Shown piece after piece: positions 26,981 to 41,296 of a DNA stretch of 64,000 nt (the stretch's first letter is position 1; the number at the start of each line of letters is the position of its first letter). Position numbers and translations under genes: made by a program. The stretch covers positions 51,398,001 through 51,462,000 of the forward strand of contig NC_043000.1 in NCBI RefSeq assembly GCF_006345805.1, in the 5' to 3' direction. This DNA comes from Octopus sinensis (taxonomy: Eukaryota). The notes beneath the pieces were generated by a model. The model was not told where the DNA came from, did no database searches, and saw only the letters and a list, made by a program, of their open reading frames with translations.

Positions 26981-27448
26981 TTCAAGGGGTGTTCATTAAA
27001 GATTACCCCTGACCCACTTCCCAAAGACTAGGGTAAACAAAACTTGGCTTAGTTATTAGTCCTTCTCTACATAGCCACCATCAAAGGTCACACACTTCTC
27101 CAATCACTTCATGCAGCTATGAAGACCTCATCTGTAGAAGTCGGTATGTTGCATCTGGAGCCAATACTTTATCTCAGAAATAAGTTCATCATCCAAAAAG
27201 TGTTTCTTCTTTGAAAAAGAATTCATGGTTAGAAAGAGGCAGAAGTCAAATGATGTGAGATCAGAAGAGTAAGGGGGATGAGGAAGGATTTCATAGCTAC
27301 TGGAGTGTGCTTTCATCTGAGCAACATGTGCATTGTGAACTGGGGCATTGTCTTGGAGGAGACGGACGCCTTTGGTCAGTATTCCATGCCTCTCTGTTTG
27401 ATGTTGTCCCATTTTACCCTTTACTAATGCAATGTAAACAGTATCATT
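26981..27448 (-). pseudogene. Mariner (Tc1/mariner, DD34D-type) transposase C-terminal remnant with right end
   Basis: LLQDNAPVH and ILPHPPYSSDLTSFDFCLF match the mariner HDNARPH and HPPYSPDLAPSD motifs; after an in-frame stop it continues EKCVTFDGGYVEKD* (stop 27056-27058). A TIR-like end (tacgaggggtgttca-like) lies at 26981. Truncated by the fold-back element. Confidence 0.9.
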
Positions 27449-27936
27449 TATATTATCACAAATTTGGGATTCTACCAATAGAACCACAACTCCTATTTCA
27501 GGGTAACCTTATTTTATGGAATATACATAGAAAGTTATATCCAATAAAATAATATAATATCCAATAAATACTATAAAATACAATAGCATTATTTTTAAAA
27601 ACTTATTTGAAAAAATATGTATAACTTACCTGTTATTAGTCTGTGGGGAAAGAAAATATTTTTAATCAATGCTACATGTGTTTCTGTGCTGGTGGGGTGT
27701 TTGTCAAGGCTATACCTAATACATAAATCCACCAGTGCGTCCTCAGGCTATTTATCTTATTGTTATTATTATTGATGGATCAGGTAAAAATACATATTAC
27801 AAGTCATATCAAATAGAAAAATAAGAATATGAATAAAGATATAATAAAATTATGTAAATTACAAATATATTTTTAGAAATTAAAAAATTAAGAAAATTTT
27901 AAAAATAAAAAAAAATTAAACGCCTAAAATTACATT

Positions 27937-27974
<38 letters not shown>

Positions 27975-28650
27975 ATAAACCTAAGGAAACACTCCGACTT
28001 AGTGCATGACAGAGGGAGCAACCATTTGAACGAGAATGAGAAGGAATAAATATTATGTCGATAAGTATTCTTCCTTACTAGATTTTTTATTAGTTTTATT
28101 CAATAAATTTATAACATATATAGTGGTTTTTAATAAATAATCTTTTTAAATACTATTAACTTATGTTTGACATTAAAAAATGTTTTATTTATACTTGTAT
28201 AGAAAGGGGTAAATCTTACACTAAATTATTAATTCTCTTAATGTTTATACAGATAGGTTGTAGGATTTGATGTGTTTATATTATAGTCATTGAAGGTTTC
28301 CTTAGGTTCATTATTTTCTCTATATATTGGTCATGTAATTTTAGGTTTATAATTTTTTAATTTTAAAAATTTTCTTAAATTTTAATTTCTAAAAATATAA
28401 ACACCCCACCAGCACAGAAACATGTGTAGCGTTGATTAAAAATATCTTCTTTCCCCACAGACTAATAACAGGTAAGTTATATATATTTTTTCAAATAAGT
28501 TTAAAAAATAATTCTATTGTATTTTATAGTAGGTTTTCTAAATACTTATATTATTTTATTGGATATAACTTTCTATGTGTATTCCATACAGTAAGGTTAT
28601 CCTGAAATAGGAGTTGTGATTCTATTGGTAAAATCCCAAATTTGTAATTA
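27449..28650. mobile_element. 1.2 kb fold-back element abutting (TA)n
   Basis: 27449-27702 pairs with 28399-28650; 27866-27990 pairs with 28296-28398; unpaired segments 27703-27865 and 27991-28295. Confidence 0.9.
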
Positions 28651-28982
28651 TATATATATATATATATATATAGGAGTAGTAGAAAATATGGATTCAGAGA
28701 ATCATGTGGCTGTCACAGTAAACTTCTTTGGTCTTGGCTATGGAAGTTACAAGGTTAATTATTCCTATATTCATTTCTCACATGTCCTGATGTGTGTGTG
28801 TGTATGTGTCACTAAATGATAGAAGTAAATGAATATTTTATAATAGATATAAACAGAATTGCCAAAACTCTGAAATAATATCACTAGTAATATATTTTAT
28901 TTTAAATCCAGTCCCTAGCCACATTCATTCTCTATATAAATTATATGCACTTACACATAATTTTAGTATTATGCAAAGAAAC

Positions 28983-29125
28983 CTCTGAATTTCAATGCTG
29001 CCAAAGTTAACTCTGCCTTTCATGTTTTCTGGGTTGATAAAATAAGCACCAGTTGAACATTGGGGGCAATGTGAACAAACTAGTCCCCTCTACAAAATTT
29101 CAAGCCCATAACAAAAAAGGATTAT
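28983..29125 (+). mobile_element. SINE family A, 5'-truncated
   Basis: actctgcctttcatg..gggttgataaaataagcaccagttgaacattgggg..caaaatttcaagcc. Confidence 0.7.
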
Positions 29126-32100
29126 CTTACATGCAGACTTCGGTATATTTCCCTAAATATGTCTAGTCAAAATCTCATTTCATATTTCTAGATTTTTCGC
29201 CCACTTTATTTTAAAAATATGTATATCTTAACTTTGATGCAGAGAAAATAAGATAAATATAACCATGACTCTTTTTATTAGTGGTGAAATATTGCACTTT
29301 ATGATGTTGTGTGTAAACATGTACATTTTATGGACAAACACATACACAAATATAAGTGTTTATCCATAATGTGGGTATATATGTGTACATACACATATAT
29401 AACAAATTATTTATTTCATTTCTTATAAAATATATGAAGGAAAATAATTTGGAAAATTCGTTTGGTCAATGACGAAAAATTTTAACTCATAATTTGCAGT
29501 CTTACTGAAAGCTTAAGTTCTATATCAAATTATTGAACTACCTTAGGCTATCTTTTTCTTTTCTCTTAATAAATTTCTTGATTTCCAACTTGTTCTTTTT
29601 TTCCTTCTTATAAACTCCACTTAACAAAATTTAAGATTTCCATAATTCCTGATTTCAGTGAAGCTGCTCTCTTATTTGACGACACTTCCATTTATTAATA
29701 GATGAATCAGAATAACATAGTTTCTTTATATTGGTCATTCGTTGCTGTCCTAATTTTTTATTTTTATTGTAATGTGAGAGCATTTTCCAATTCTTTACCA
29801 TGTCTTTTATCAATCTTAAATATACTAGACAGTGTCATATTACCTTTAAGATTATATATCAAAAGTTTATGTTATGTTAGTAATAATTGTTGGAAGCAGA
29901 AATTGCTGAGACAGTAGTGTGATGAATTACATTACAGTATTCGGGATTAAACTTCAGACAGCTGAGTTCAATTTCTTCTCATCCAACTTAGCCTTTCACT
30001 TTGTTTTAGAGTTGTTAAGTGTAGATACTAATAAAAAAAACTACATTAGGTTAATAGACTATACCATTTTATTATAACAGTTTGCATGGAAACTTACTCA
30101 AAAGAAATATTCAATAGAAACTGAAAGCTTCTGAGATCTTTCTGAAATTGCTAGCCTTCAGCAGTTTCACTTACTTGTGGAGATTTATTTATATTCACTA
30201 TGCTTATATTACCTTTGGGAAATATATGAACATCACAACTTTTCATTTTCTAAGAAATCAGTATTCTTAACTCCAATTATTTCTATGTCAAGGAGCTGTT
30301 TAATACATTAGCATAGTTTCTTGGTTTAACATAAAAGAAAACATATAATTCATACTGTGATGTAGATGTTTTTAAATTCATACTTCAGCTGGATTTTGAT
30401 ACTTAATTTTTTTTATGAGAAAAAAAATGACTGCAGGGTTACAATTATAGATTTTGATTAAAAAGGTTATATTTCCAAACTCTGCCACAGACAATTTGCT
30501 ATTTTCTCCTCAATACTTAAAAATTTTCTTATTGTGCTTTATATATAAATCATGTTCTACATCATTTTATATGCAGATATTCAAATTTGTTGAACCATCC
30601 CATCTACATTTCCTTGAGCAAATCATTGTAAAACTAGTGAAAGAAATTAATAATAAATTTATCTTGCAAGAAATATTTATGAAATGTTTCACCAAAAGTA
30701 ATGACTACACCAATATTGCTACTGATCTAAGTTATCTGATCTTTTTCGGTTCTTTTCCTACCATCAGTTGGAAAGTTGCCTTTCAAGTCAATGTAATACT
30801 CTATAGCCAACCAATGAATACCTTAATAATTACAATAATAGCAGAATACATAAAAATTCAGAGATAGAACCTTTTATTTGTATTTAATCTTTCTTGACAA
30901 AAGAATATATACTGCAATTAGCTTTCAGTCAGATGACATGGAAATATAAATGGCTACATTTTAGTATAAAATATTTTGAGAATTCTAGACCTCTGTAGCA
31001 TTAAATTAATAGTATTTTATTTCATATACAAAATGGTAAATATCTTTCTTTTGTTAGAAGAATTTATTGACTTCCAAGATAATAGTTTTCTTCCATTATG
31101 TTTATTCTCTTTAGACTTTATAAATATGTTTCAATACAAAATACCAACTCAAGTTAATTTTAAAATTTAGATGTAATAATTGCTTGATGTAATAATTACA
31201 GTAAAAGAAACTTCAAAGCGTTATATTAAAATATATTGAAAAACATTTACATTGCTTGTTTTTTTATACTGACTTGAAAACTGAAATTTTTTTATTGGGA
31301 AAAAAAAATGAGTTGTGATAATCATACCTTTGCCAAGTTTATTTGCACCATAAAGGAAGATAAAACTGTTCACAGAATGAAAGAAATTTAAAGACTTGGT
31401 AGCTAATATCCTACCTCTCATCCGTCATATGATAGGCCATTCTATGTAGATAAAATCTCATGGTTATTTTACCAAAGATGGAGAAAGAGAGAGATGAAAG
31501 ATAATGTTGACCTAAGCAGAATTTGAACTCGCAATACAGAAAGATAAAACTTAATACTTTAATTCTTTTTGACTGGTGCTGTACAATTTCTTCCAATTAA
31601 CTGTCCAAAAGAAATATTAAATATTAGTACATCTTTAAAAGAAATCAATATTTACAAAAGAATTCAATATTACTACAACTTTTAAATTTGATGTAATTGC
31701 TATAAATACAGAGAAAATAACTGCATTGATCTTAGCCTATAAATTCTTTCATATATTTTCTTCTGATTTTCTGAGGTTCCTTCTTAAAACTTACCACCTC
31801 TCTGTGAACATTAATGCTGTAAAATCTCATTGTTCTTTGTATTATCATGGAGGTTTGTTATTCTGATAAACATATTTCTTTTCTATGGGTTCTTATTTAA
31901 ATTCCTTAGCAAAATAATCGATTTTAAATATTTTCTTATGAGAAATTTAAAAACCAATAGGAAAGCTAAAACTATATTTATCATTCTTTTCATAAGAATT
32001 TTATTGATGAGTTGTAATAAATGTCTAACCTGTTTATGGAGTTTAAGTATACCTATGAGTGTATTAATGATATGTGTGAATATGTACTTGTGTTCATGGT

Positions 32101-34067
32101 GTGCGTTTATGCTTGTTAGGTGTGTGTATAATTATATTTATGGTATATGTGAACCTTTGTGTATGCTTATGTTCTTTCAGTTTGTGTTAGATCAAAGGTC
32201 CAGTATTTTATTGATGAGGCAGGATGAACATAGCAAATCTTTGTGTTGGTTGGACAGCTTGAATATTTCACAAGCAAGTTGGAATGAAGATATCATTACT
32301 TTTATGATGACAATCAATATTCAAGTCATAAGTTAGTTGTACAGTGAGAATGTTTACATTACACATCAGCAGTACCATAGCAGTACCACATATGAGCACA
32401 GTGGATAGTCATATCTGTCTGTTTTTGATTTTGCATTTTCCTGTTTTATATTCTTTTAACTTCTCTTTCTGCATTTATTTTTTTGTTCTTTTCTTACAAT
32501 ATATTACAGTTAATGTTGTCTAATCTTTTCCCATTGACATTTACTTCAGAAAGATATTTCTAAATATCAGTCCTAGAGTCAAATAGTTTACAACAATAGC
32601 ATATATAACTTGCTTCTGGTTCTACCAACTCTTATCCTACAAAGTCAGTATTTATTGTTGTAATTACTAACTTCTCTTTTCAATACGACTGCTTATTGTG
32701 CTAGTTTCTCACAAATAACTGCCTTTCAGAATAAGAATTCGTAAAGAATTGAACATTACTTGCTCCCATGAAAGACATTTTTATTATACATTTTACTCTT
32801 TATTTCTTAAATAATGCCTATATTTTAACATAGTTTATGTATTAAATCATATATAAGAACTCGTAAAATTTGTATGATTCATGCAAAAATTAGTTGTAAA
32901 TATTAAATAATGATGGAATTATATTCTTGTACATTGCTTGTTTCATTTGTTCAAAAGCAAAATGAGTATTTAAAGCAATGAATAGCATAAATCTGTCAGA
33001 TTGTATACCTGTCTCCATAATGTTGCTTTTAGCTCTTCTGAGAATAAACTGAACATGATTATATTTTAGTTGTATAAATACTTCATTTAGTTATTCTCTC
33101 ATGTATAGAATGAAATAGATTTTACTATCTGCTATCAGTCAGTCCTCTCCTTATATACTGGAATATAATATGGGAGAAAATACATTCACAAGAGGAACTG
33201 TAGTAAAAGAAGGTATTGTGATTAACTGTTTTTCAGTACACAAAATATGTATACATGTGTGTGTATGTATATAACAAGTATGCATATACCTACATGCACA
33301 CATGCAATATACAGAGTCAATAACAAGACAAACACAGCCAAATTGCTGGTTTTACTCTATCCTATCAACCAGACCTGCACTCATGTATTTATACCTTGCA
33401 GCTAGTCATTTTCATGATTAATTGCTCTGATTATCTAATTAATCATAATTATTGAATTATGACAGGTTAATTAAAATGAAATTGATAATATACATACCTG
33501 CAATACACTATGGATGAGCAGTTTATATTTCTGCATTTTACAAAATTGTCTGTACAATAAGTCTTGTGTGTCAGCTGTTGAAATAACTAGGGCAAAATAA
33601 ATAGACAACTAACTAAATTTAAGTACCTCACCTCTGTTCTGATATTAAATTATGCTGCACTCAGCTGTATTTTTCATATCTTCACACTTGATAAAATAAT
33701 TATAGGTAATGCATTGGGGTTATCACAGTCAAAAATAACCAAATTAGAATTTTATTATATTTTTAGCTAATCTAAAAAAATTATTATTTATTCTTAGCCT
33801 CCCTGTAGTAAGTAGATACTTAACATAGGAAAAAGAAATGACAAAAACCACATACAGTTTAAATGTTAGCTTTTTTTTGTCATTTTTATGTTCTTTTATT
33901 GCCATGTTACATGTTAAATTAGTAAATTTAATGGTTTTGCACAAGATCTAAGAGCAATTTCTGTGGATAATTATTTTGAAGTGTCTACTTCAGTGCCTGC
34001 ATATATGTTAACACACAGTTGCACATATATATACATTCATAAATCTGTGTATATTTTTGTATGTATG

Positions 34068-34098
<31 letters not shown>

Positions 34099-34897
34099 GT
34101 GTATGTATGTGTGTATGCATGCATGTATGTGTATATATATATATACATAGATACATACATACACACACATACACACATATATATAAAGATAGATATGTAA
34201 ATGCATGTACTTAGGTGTGTGTATACATACATATATATATATATTTAAACACACATACATATGCTAATATCTTGCTCTTCTCCACATTGGTGGATTAAAT
34301 ATTTGACATTTGTGAGTTGACAAGGCTACCAATGGTTTCATGTAAAGAATGTTTTCTTTACAATTTTCAAACCTGCCACATTGAAACGTTAGTACTCATC
34401 TCCATTTTGGATCTCCAGAATAGAAAAACCATTGATAGCTTGTTGACTTACAAATAAAGTGTGTGTGTGTACATACACACATACATGTGCATGCACACAC
34501 ATATACACATATGTAAATGGAGTGAAAAAGAGAGATATTGTGTGTGTTTATTGGTCATTCATATGGTCAAGGGCAATGTGCCAGTTTTGGGATCTAATGG
34601 AAGTCACATTCACTTAGTGATTTTCAATCAAACACTTCACATGAAATGGTGTCAAGGAGTCATAAAATAAATGGAAATGAATGATTACTATTTCCAATAT
34701 TCTTGAATGATATATGAAATGTCTTGAAATATGTTATTTTACTTCATCATTGCTATGAGAAGGGGCAACACCACAATCTACTTGTCAATTTCCCAAGATA
34801 ATTTCAAATTTTTTGATATGTTTCTATTCCTGTGTGTATACACACATGCATACATACATACATACATACATACATACATACATACATACATACATAC

Positions 34898-35080
34898 GTT
34901 ATTTGTTTTATTATGGCTGCCCCCTCGTTATCATCTATGGCCATTGCACGAAGCTTAACTGTTACTGGTGCTGTGATCGAATGTGACTTTTTAGCCCAGC
35001 TAAAGATCTACAATGTCTTGTACAGAATTGGCAATTAATACATACATACATACAGAATTGGCAATTAATACATACATACA
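34898..35080. repeat. Short non-simple insert within a (TACA)n array, ending in an exact 30-bp tandem duplication
   Basis: tacagaattggcaattaatacatacataca at 35021-35050 and 35051-35080; (TACA)n on both sides. Confidence 0.75.
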
Positions 35081-35226
35081 TACATACATACACATGCTTG
35101 CATATATACACATTTCTCTATTTTTAAGTTACCTCTACATATTCTACAGATTTTCTACAGAATTTAGAGCCAGTACTGAACGTCATGACATTTCATATAG
35201 AATACATCTTTGTAAACAATGTGATC

Positions 35227-35491
35227 GAAGATAGAAAAACAGGTAATGGGTGTGTATACATATTTCAGAAGTTCAACACCACATGCAACCCATTAACCAT
35301 CTACATGCCTGTTGCCAGAAATGTGTTTAGTATGTAAATTGGTCTCTCTAATAGTGTTACACCGCTACACTTGGTGGCTATTTAAACAATGTGTTTGTGT
35401 GTGGTTAATGGGTTAGATGTAGTACTGAAGAAATAACAATAACTCCTGAAATATGCATATATATGTACCCATTAACTATTTTCCCATCTTC
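35227..35491. repeat. Diverged fold-back element
   Basis: 35227-35299 vs reverse complement of 35402-35491 (taatggg, catatttcag.agtt, aacccattaacca), with a ~13 bp deletion in the left arm. Confidence 0.75.
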
Positions 35492-35782
35492 AATCTCATT
35501 GTTTACATAAATGTATTCATATACAAAACATTGTAACTTTCAGTGTTGACTCTAAATTCTATAACAAAATCTGTGCTGATATGATGGAAAGTGATGGTAT
35601 TGCACTTCTAACACAAAAAGTAAGGCACATTATTGACTTATAAAACTTTAATACACATGGTAGTATATTATGGTTGAAAAACAAAATACGATATCCTTAC
35701 CAGCAATTAATGTATACATATTTGTGTATAGGAATATCTGTTTGTGTATGTACATGTGTGTGTGTATGTATGCATATATCTA

Positions 35783-35837
<55 letters not shown>

Positions 35838-35896
35838 GTATGTATGTATATATATATTTATGTTTGCATGTATATATATATGAATGTATGTGGATG

Positions 35897-35992
35897 CAGG
35901 CATACTTGTGTGGTTAAGAAGTTTCTTTTCAGTAATGCGATTTGGGGTTCAGTCCTACAGTGAGCTTCATTGGACAAGTGTGTTCTATTATA
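35897..35992 (+). mobile_element. CORE-type SINE head fragment
   Basis: tgtgtggttaagaagttt..gggttcagtcctacagtg..ttggacaagtgtgttctattatag. Confidence 0.65.
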
Positions 35993-37560
35993 GTAATTAA
36001 TGTTATTTGGTTGCATATGTACCATAGCGATGTAGAAAAAGTAAAATTAGTTAAACAACTAAAACAAAAACAAAACAAAATAAGTATTTAGAAATATGTA
36101 TCAACTGAAAAGGCCATAAGCCTTTTTCATAAGTAGTGAAAAATAATTGGGGTATTATAAACAAACTACAACTGTTTCAGCAAAAAAAAGTGAAATATAG
36201 AGAAACAACAAGTGAGTATGTTTCTAGGTTTTCTAATTATTATTATTCTTATAATTATTTTTCTTATTATTATTATTCTTATAATTATTATTATTCTTAT
36301 TAGTTATGAGTGACCAAATACAACAAAAGCGAAAATTAATCTTGAGATGAACCGTTTAATAATTAAATGTCAAGAGAAATCATAAGTGGTTAATATAGTT
36401 CAATATCTTTCCAAGTGGATTCATTACATTGATTTGTAATGTAAAGGCTCTGTATTAGTGAAAATATAAAGACTGAAATGTTGGTGAAATAATATTGAAA
36501 AAGAGCACATATATTTCTTAATTCTGAATGAAATAAAGATTAATGTAATATTATGTAGACAAGGAATAGCTAGAGCCATATATATTCTACTAAATCTTTG
36601 CATTTTTTTAGCTAAATATTCACCTATGTGGTCACAGCACTGATAATAAAGAGAATAGGTAAAATATACATGCTCACATGATTTTGTTGTTGTGCTTTAC
36701 AGATTATGATATAACCTCCCTAATTTTTATTGAGGATAATTGGTAGGTTGAATTGTGACATTTGTTTTCCTAAGGGATGCTGCCTTTGTCAGTATGCTGT
36801 TCATGCTTCAAGAAACTTGTTTCTTTTGTTAATATTTCAAAAGCCTTTAATCATAGGCTTTAGATATGTGTATATAATTATAAGTCCATTTTGTGTATTT
36901 ATCTTTCCTTGATGTTTGTGTTATATATATTTTGTTGTATATGTAGTGGGCTCAAGACTTCTGTTGACATCTGTTCAGAGTAAAACTAACCGAGATAGGA
37001 TTTGTGTACTGGATAGAGTGAGAGAAAGAGTGTGCATGCATGTATGTGTGTGTGTTATTTCTCATCTTCAATAAAATCATTCATTCTACACTCATCATCA
37101 CAACCGTGATAGCATCACATATGCAAGCTTTAGTGTTGATAGCTTTTTTTCTGTGATGACATATGTTGGATACATCTACATAACATGATGTCAAACAAAC
37201 CAATTTTCTAGAAACAGAGAAATGTTTAACTGCATGCGTTCACCCAATCTAAGCATACATGATAAACAAAATTAAAATGTATAGAAGCATGTATTTCTTG
37301 GCAGAAGAGCAAAAACTTTATTACAAAAATCATCTTATTTGAGGAAACATTGTTGATTTTTTTTTGAAGTTGGGTAGCTTAAGTAAGATTAAATTTATTT
37401 ATTTACAAAAACAAACAAAAAAACAAAACCTCCCCACCTCCAGTATTTTAAGTTGCTCCACTGACAACAGAAAGATTTTTGATTGCTAACCAAAGTATCT
37501 TAACTAATTTCAAACGATAAATGCATTCATCTAATAATACAAATAATTTAACCAGTAAAG

Positions 37561-37745
37561 GGTCACTTATGGTCACTCAGAACTGCAGTCAAGTCTTTCA
37601 CTGGTCAAATCTCACCATCTTAAAAAAAGAGATATATTGAGCAAATAAATTAATGGTTTACAGAATGCAGTGATAATCATAACTGGAATGCCTTTCATTA
37701 TAGATCTGCTTGATCAAGGCTGACCTGAAGTTAAACAACTAAAAC
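37561..37745 (+). repeat. Decayed interspersed repeat (family E)
   Basis: accatcttaaaaaaag..ctggaatgcctttcattatagatctgcttgatcaaggctgacctg..taaacaac. Confidence 0.5.
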
Positions 37746-38295
37746 TACAACTAGGAATAAACTAAATCAAACATTTACAAAAACAAAAAAACAAACAAAA
37801 TATACAAAGAAAAATTTCTGTGATTCTCCAAGAGTATTTTGATGAAAATTAAAAGAAAGAAAAAAAAAATGTTTGATGCATGAATTAATCAAGATATATA
37901 TAGTTAAAAAATGCTAATAAAAACTATGATGAAATTCTGAAAATTCACTAAAAACATGAAAACCCACTGATGCACACCAAAACGTTTTTCACCATTACCT
38001 CCACTTGAATCTCATAAAAAAATTACATATTGAACAGGAGTCGTTATCTCTAGAGTCATCTCTTGCTGCTTTCAATATATATCAGTTGTCAAATAGTTAC
38101 ATAGAAGGTTTTTCTAATAAAAACTTGAAGTAATAAAAAACAACAAATACATGTACACGTGCATTAGCTACTGGTTTTCATTTTGTTTTGTAATTCGTTT
38201 AGCATTAATAAAATGCAAATAAATAAATAAATAAATAAATATATATATATATATATGCAGATATATATATGCTTATATATATGTGTGTGTGTATG

Positions 38296-38343
<48 letters not shown>

Positions 38344-41242
38344 CATATATATATATTGTTTCTATTTTCCTATTTCAGGAATTTTTTTCTTTTCATCAAC
38401 CCTCTAATCTTTTGATAGAATCAAACAGCATATTTCCTTAGAACACGTTAATGTTAAAAACATCACAAGACTATACAGCTAATGGCACTGAAAGTTAGAG
38501 GTAAATAATCCACAGGTTAATGGGCTTTGGAGTAAGGCAGAATAGGATTAAAGCTTACTGTTTACAAATATTTGTGATTTGCTCATTTTCTTTTCTTAGT
38601 TTATATTCCTAATTAATTAGCTCATTATATTGTTTCTTTATTATAAATCTACAATTAGCAACACACTTTCTTCATCACTTGCACCAAGTTATTTTGAGAA
38701 AATAAATTGTCTTTTTTTTTGTCTTTTTTTTTTCTGACAATAAATTATCCAGAATGTTTCATGACACATTGCAGGTACCTGAATACCATTTAATACTGAA
38801 AGATATGTGAATAAATAAACATATCTAAGGAGCTTCCACTTAGGAAATATTGATTTAATCTTAATTTATCCTCAACATTAGAATCCTCTTGGAATTTTCA
38901 GAAGTAGCAACATTCTGAAACTGAGGGTGCTTGATCTCAGTAAAGTTATTTTATAAAGAGTGGCACATAAATCAATTGAGGGTGCAGATAATAATACATA
39001 TATTTCTATTTATACAAGTAGGTAGTTGTTCCTATAAGTTAATAGTGATCATAATGCCAACATCGGTGATCAAAGTAGTAGAAATAGTATTGTAAAAAGG
39101 TACTGAGTCAATAATAGTAGTTTTAATAATAGAAAAATGGCAGTAGTATGTTGTCACAGAAATTGCAGAATACCCGGATATGAAAGTATCTATGGAGGTA
39201 GTAGTGTGATGATGGTGGTGGCTGTAGTAATAGTACAATAAAGATGCAAAACAATGTAAGATAGTATCAGCTGAGAGAAAACTTCAATCATTATAAATGT
39301 ATAACATGCTATTTTATGCAGGCATATATATCACAATTTAGCACTTTCCTTTCCTTCTCTACTGGCTGTTTGTCTGTCTATCTTGACTTTTTTCCCTTCC
39401 TTTCTCGGTTTCTCTTTTCTCTCTCTTTCTCATTTGGTTTTCCTTCTTTTCTTAAAAATATATCTATTTCCAGATATCTTCATACTTCTTAAAAAAAAAA
39501 AAATTCAAAGCAAAAAGTAAAATACCATGTTCTTATCACACAGCTTTGCCCAAATCCAATGAATTCAATTCATTAATCTAGTTAGGTTGAGTTGTTATTT
39601 CTCTACCCTACACTCTCTCTACTTTCATTTTTTTTTGCCTTTTGTTAATCCTAATTTACCAAGAGTTTGATAGCTAAACAGTGTTTCCTTTTCTCACTTA
39701 AATTTCACTAGGTCTTATCAAAGACAGATGCTTCATCACATGCACACGCACACAAACATACACATAGTTGCATGAACACTTGCATATTATAATGACTTGC
39801 AGTACATACCTTATTTTCATAATATGTATACACATCTTAAAATATAAATCAATATAATGAATCATAAGGAACATGATGTTTGTCTTCCTCTCCTTTTTGT
39901 CTTTTCACATTTTTTAAAAACTTACACTGATTTTCTTCCTCATTCTCTATCTCTTCATATTCGATCTATTTATTTTTATATTTTTGCATTTTCATTCTCA
40001 TATTTTTCTTTTTTACTATACTACTACTTCCACATTCAAATCTTTTCCCCTCTATTTCTTTTTGCCATGCCTCTTCATTTTCCATCTTTCCTTCCCCTTT
40101 TCCTCCAATACAGATTCTAAAATATCTCCCACCTTCAGAAAATTTCATCATTGAATCTTCCTGTTTTTCTCTTCAAATGATCAGTAAATTAATACCAAGA
40201 CAAATATGAATTAATCACTTCTTTAACATAATGTGTATCAGTTTTGTATGGCAGTTTCTTTGTCTCCACATAGTTTTGTTTATTTAAAAATATTTCTTTT
40301 TCTTTGCTTGATTATTATTTTTAATAATCATCCTAATTTGTCATCCTAATTTGTATGTTTTAAAATGAACATTATATATATTTCTAAAATATTTATACCC
40401 TTCTGTTGCAGCAACACTTTAAACATAGACAGGATAAATTTAGTAACCAAGTACATTCACATTTCTGTCACTAAATGTATGAATTTTCACAATGAATATG
40501 ATTATAACAACATCATTTTAGCATCAAATAAGTGTTGCTTTATAGATTAGAGATGCCCCATGCTTCACACAAATAGTTTACAAAGTGTTTTAAATTCCAG
40601 TTTTGTGACAGATTTTAGAGTAGTATTACCATGGAAAATGATAAACAAACTTTACATGATGCTTTGCAGCATACAATATAAGTTTATTTTGTAACTCTTA
40701 CCCAAATCTGCCTTTCATCTTCATTCAGAAGTTAATGGAAAATGTATCAGAAATTGGCAATAGTTGTAGATGTAATGATGATATTAATCATAGAAGTAAC
40801 AATGAGAGGGACTGAAACAGAAGCGGTATTTAATAAAAAAAAAAGAAAAAAAAGAAGAAAGAGAGAGGAATGAGATTTAGTGGTAATCATTAGTAGTTGT
40901 GGTTGGAACTGCTGCTAATGTTGATAATGGTGATAGTATTAATATCTGTCATAGCAGTGGTAGTGTTCAGTCATTGGTGTATGTTGAATGAGTTATTTAA
41001 AAATCACCTGCTAGCATTTATATTTTTCATTCATTTCTGTTTTTTTTTCATCTTCAGTACAATTTTATTAAGTTTGCTGTGAACTATTTCATACAATGTT
41101 ACTGCATTATTTTTAAAGTTTCAGAACACCTGGAGATTATATAATTGTTAGAGAAATCAGTTCAGCACAGCATATACTCCGTGTGTACACACACATGTAT
41201 ACGTGTGTATGTGTGTCTGTATGTGTGTGAGTGTGTATACAT

Positions 41243-41296
<54 letters not shown>

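Noticed and set aside
30454-32336. Longer ORFs 30454-30867 and 31830-32336
   Set aside because: F/I/L/K-rich composition expected from AT-rich non-coding DNA; no domain motifs.
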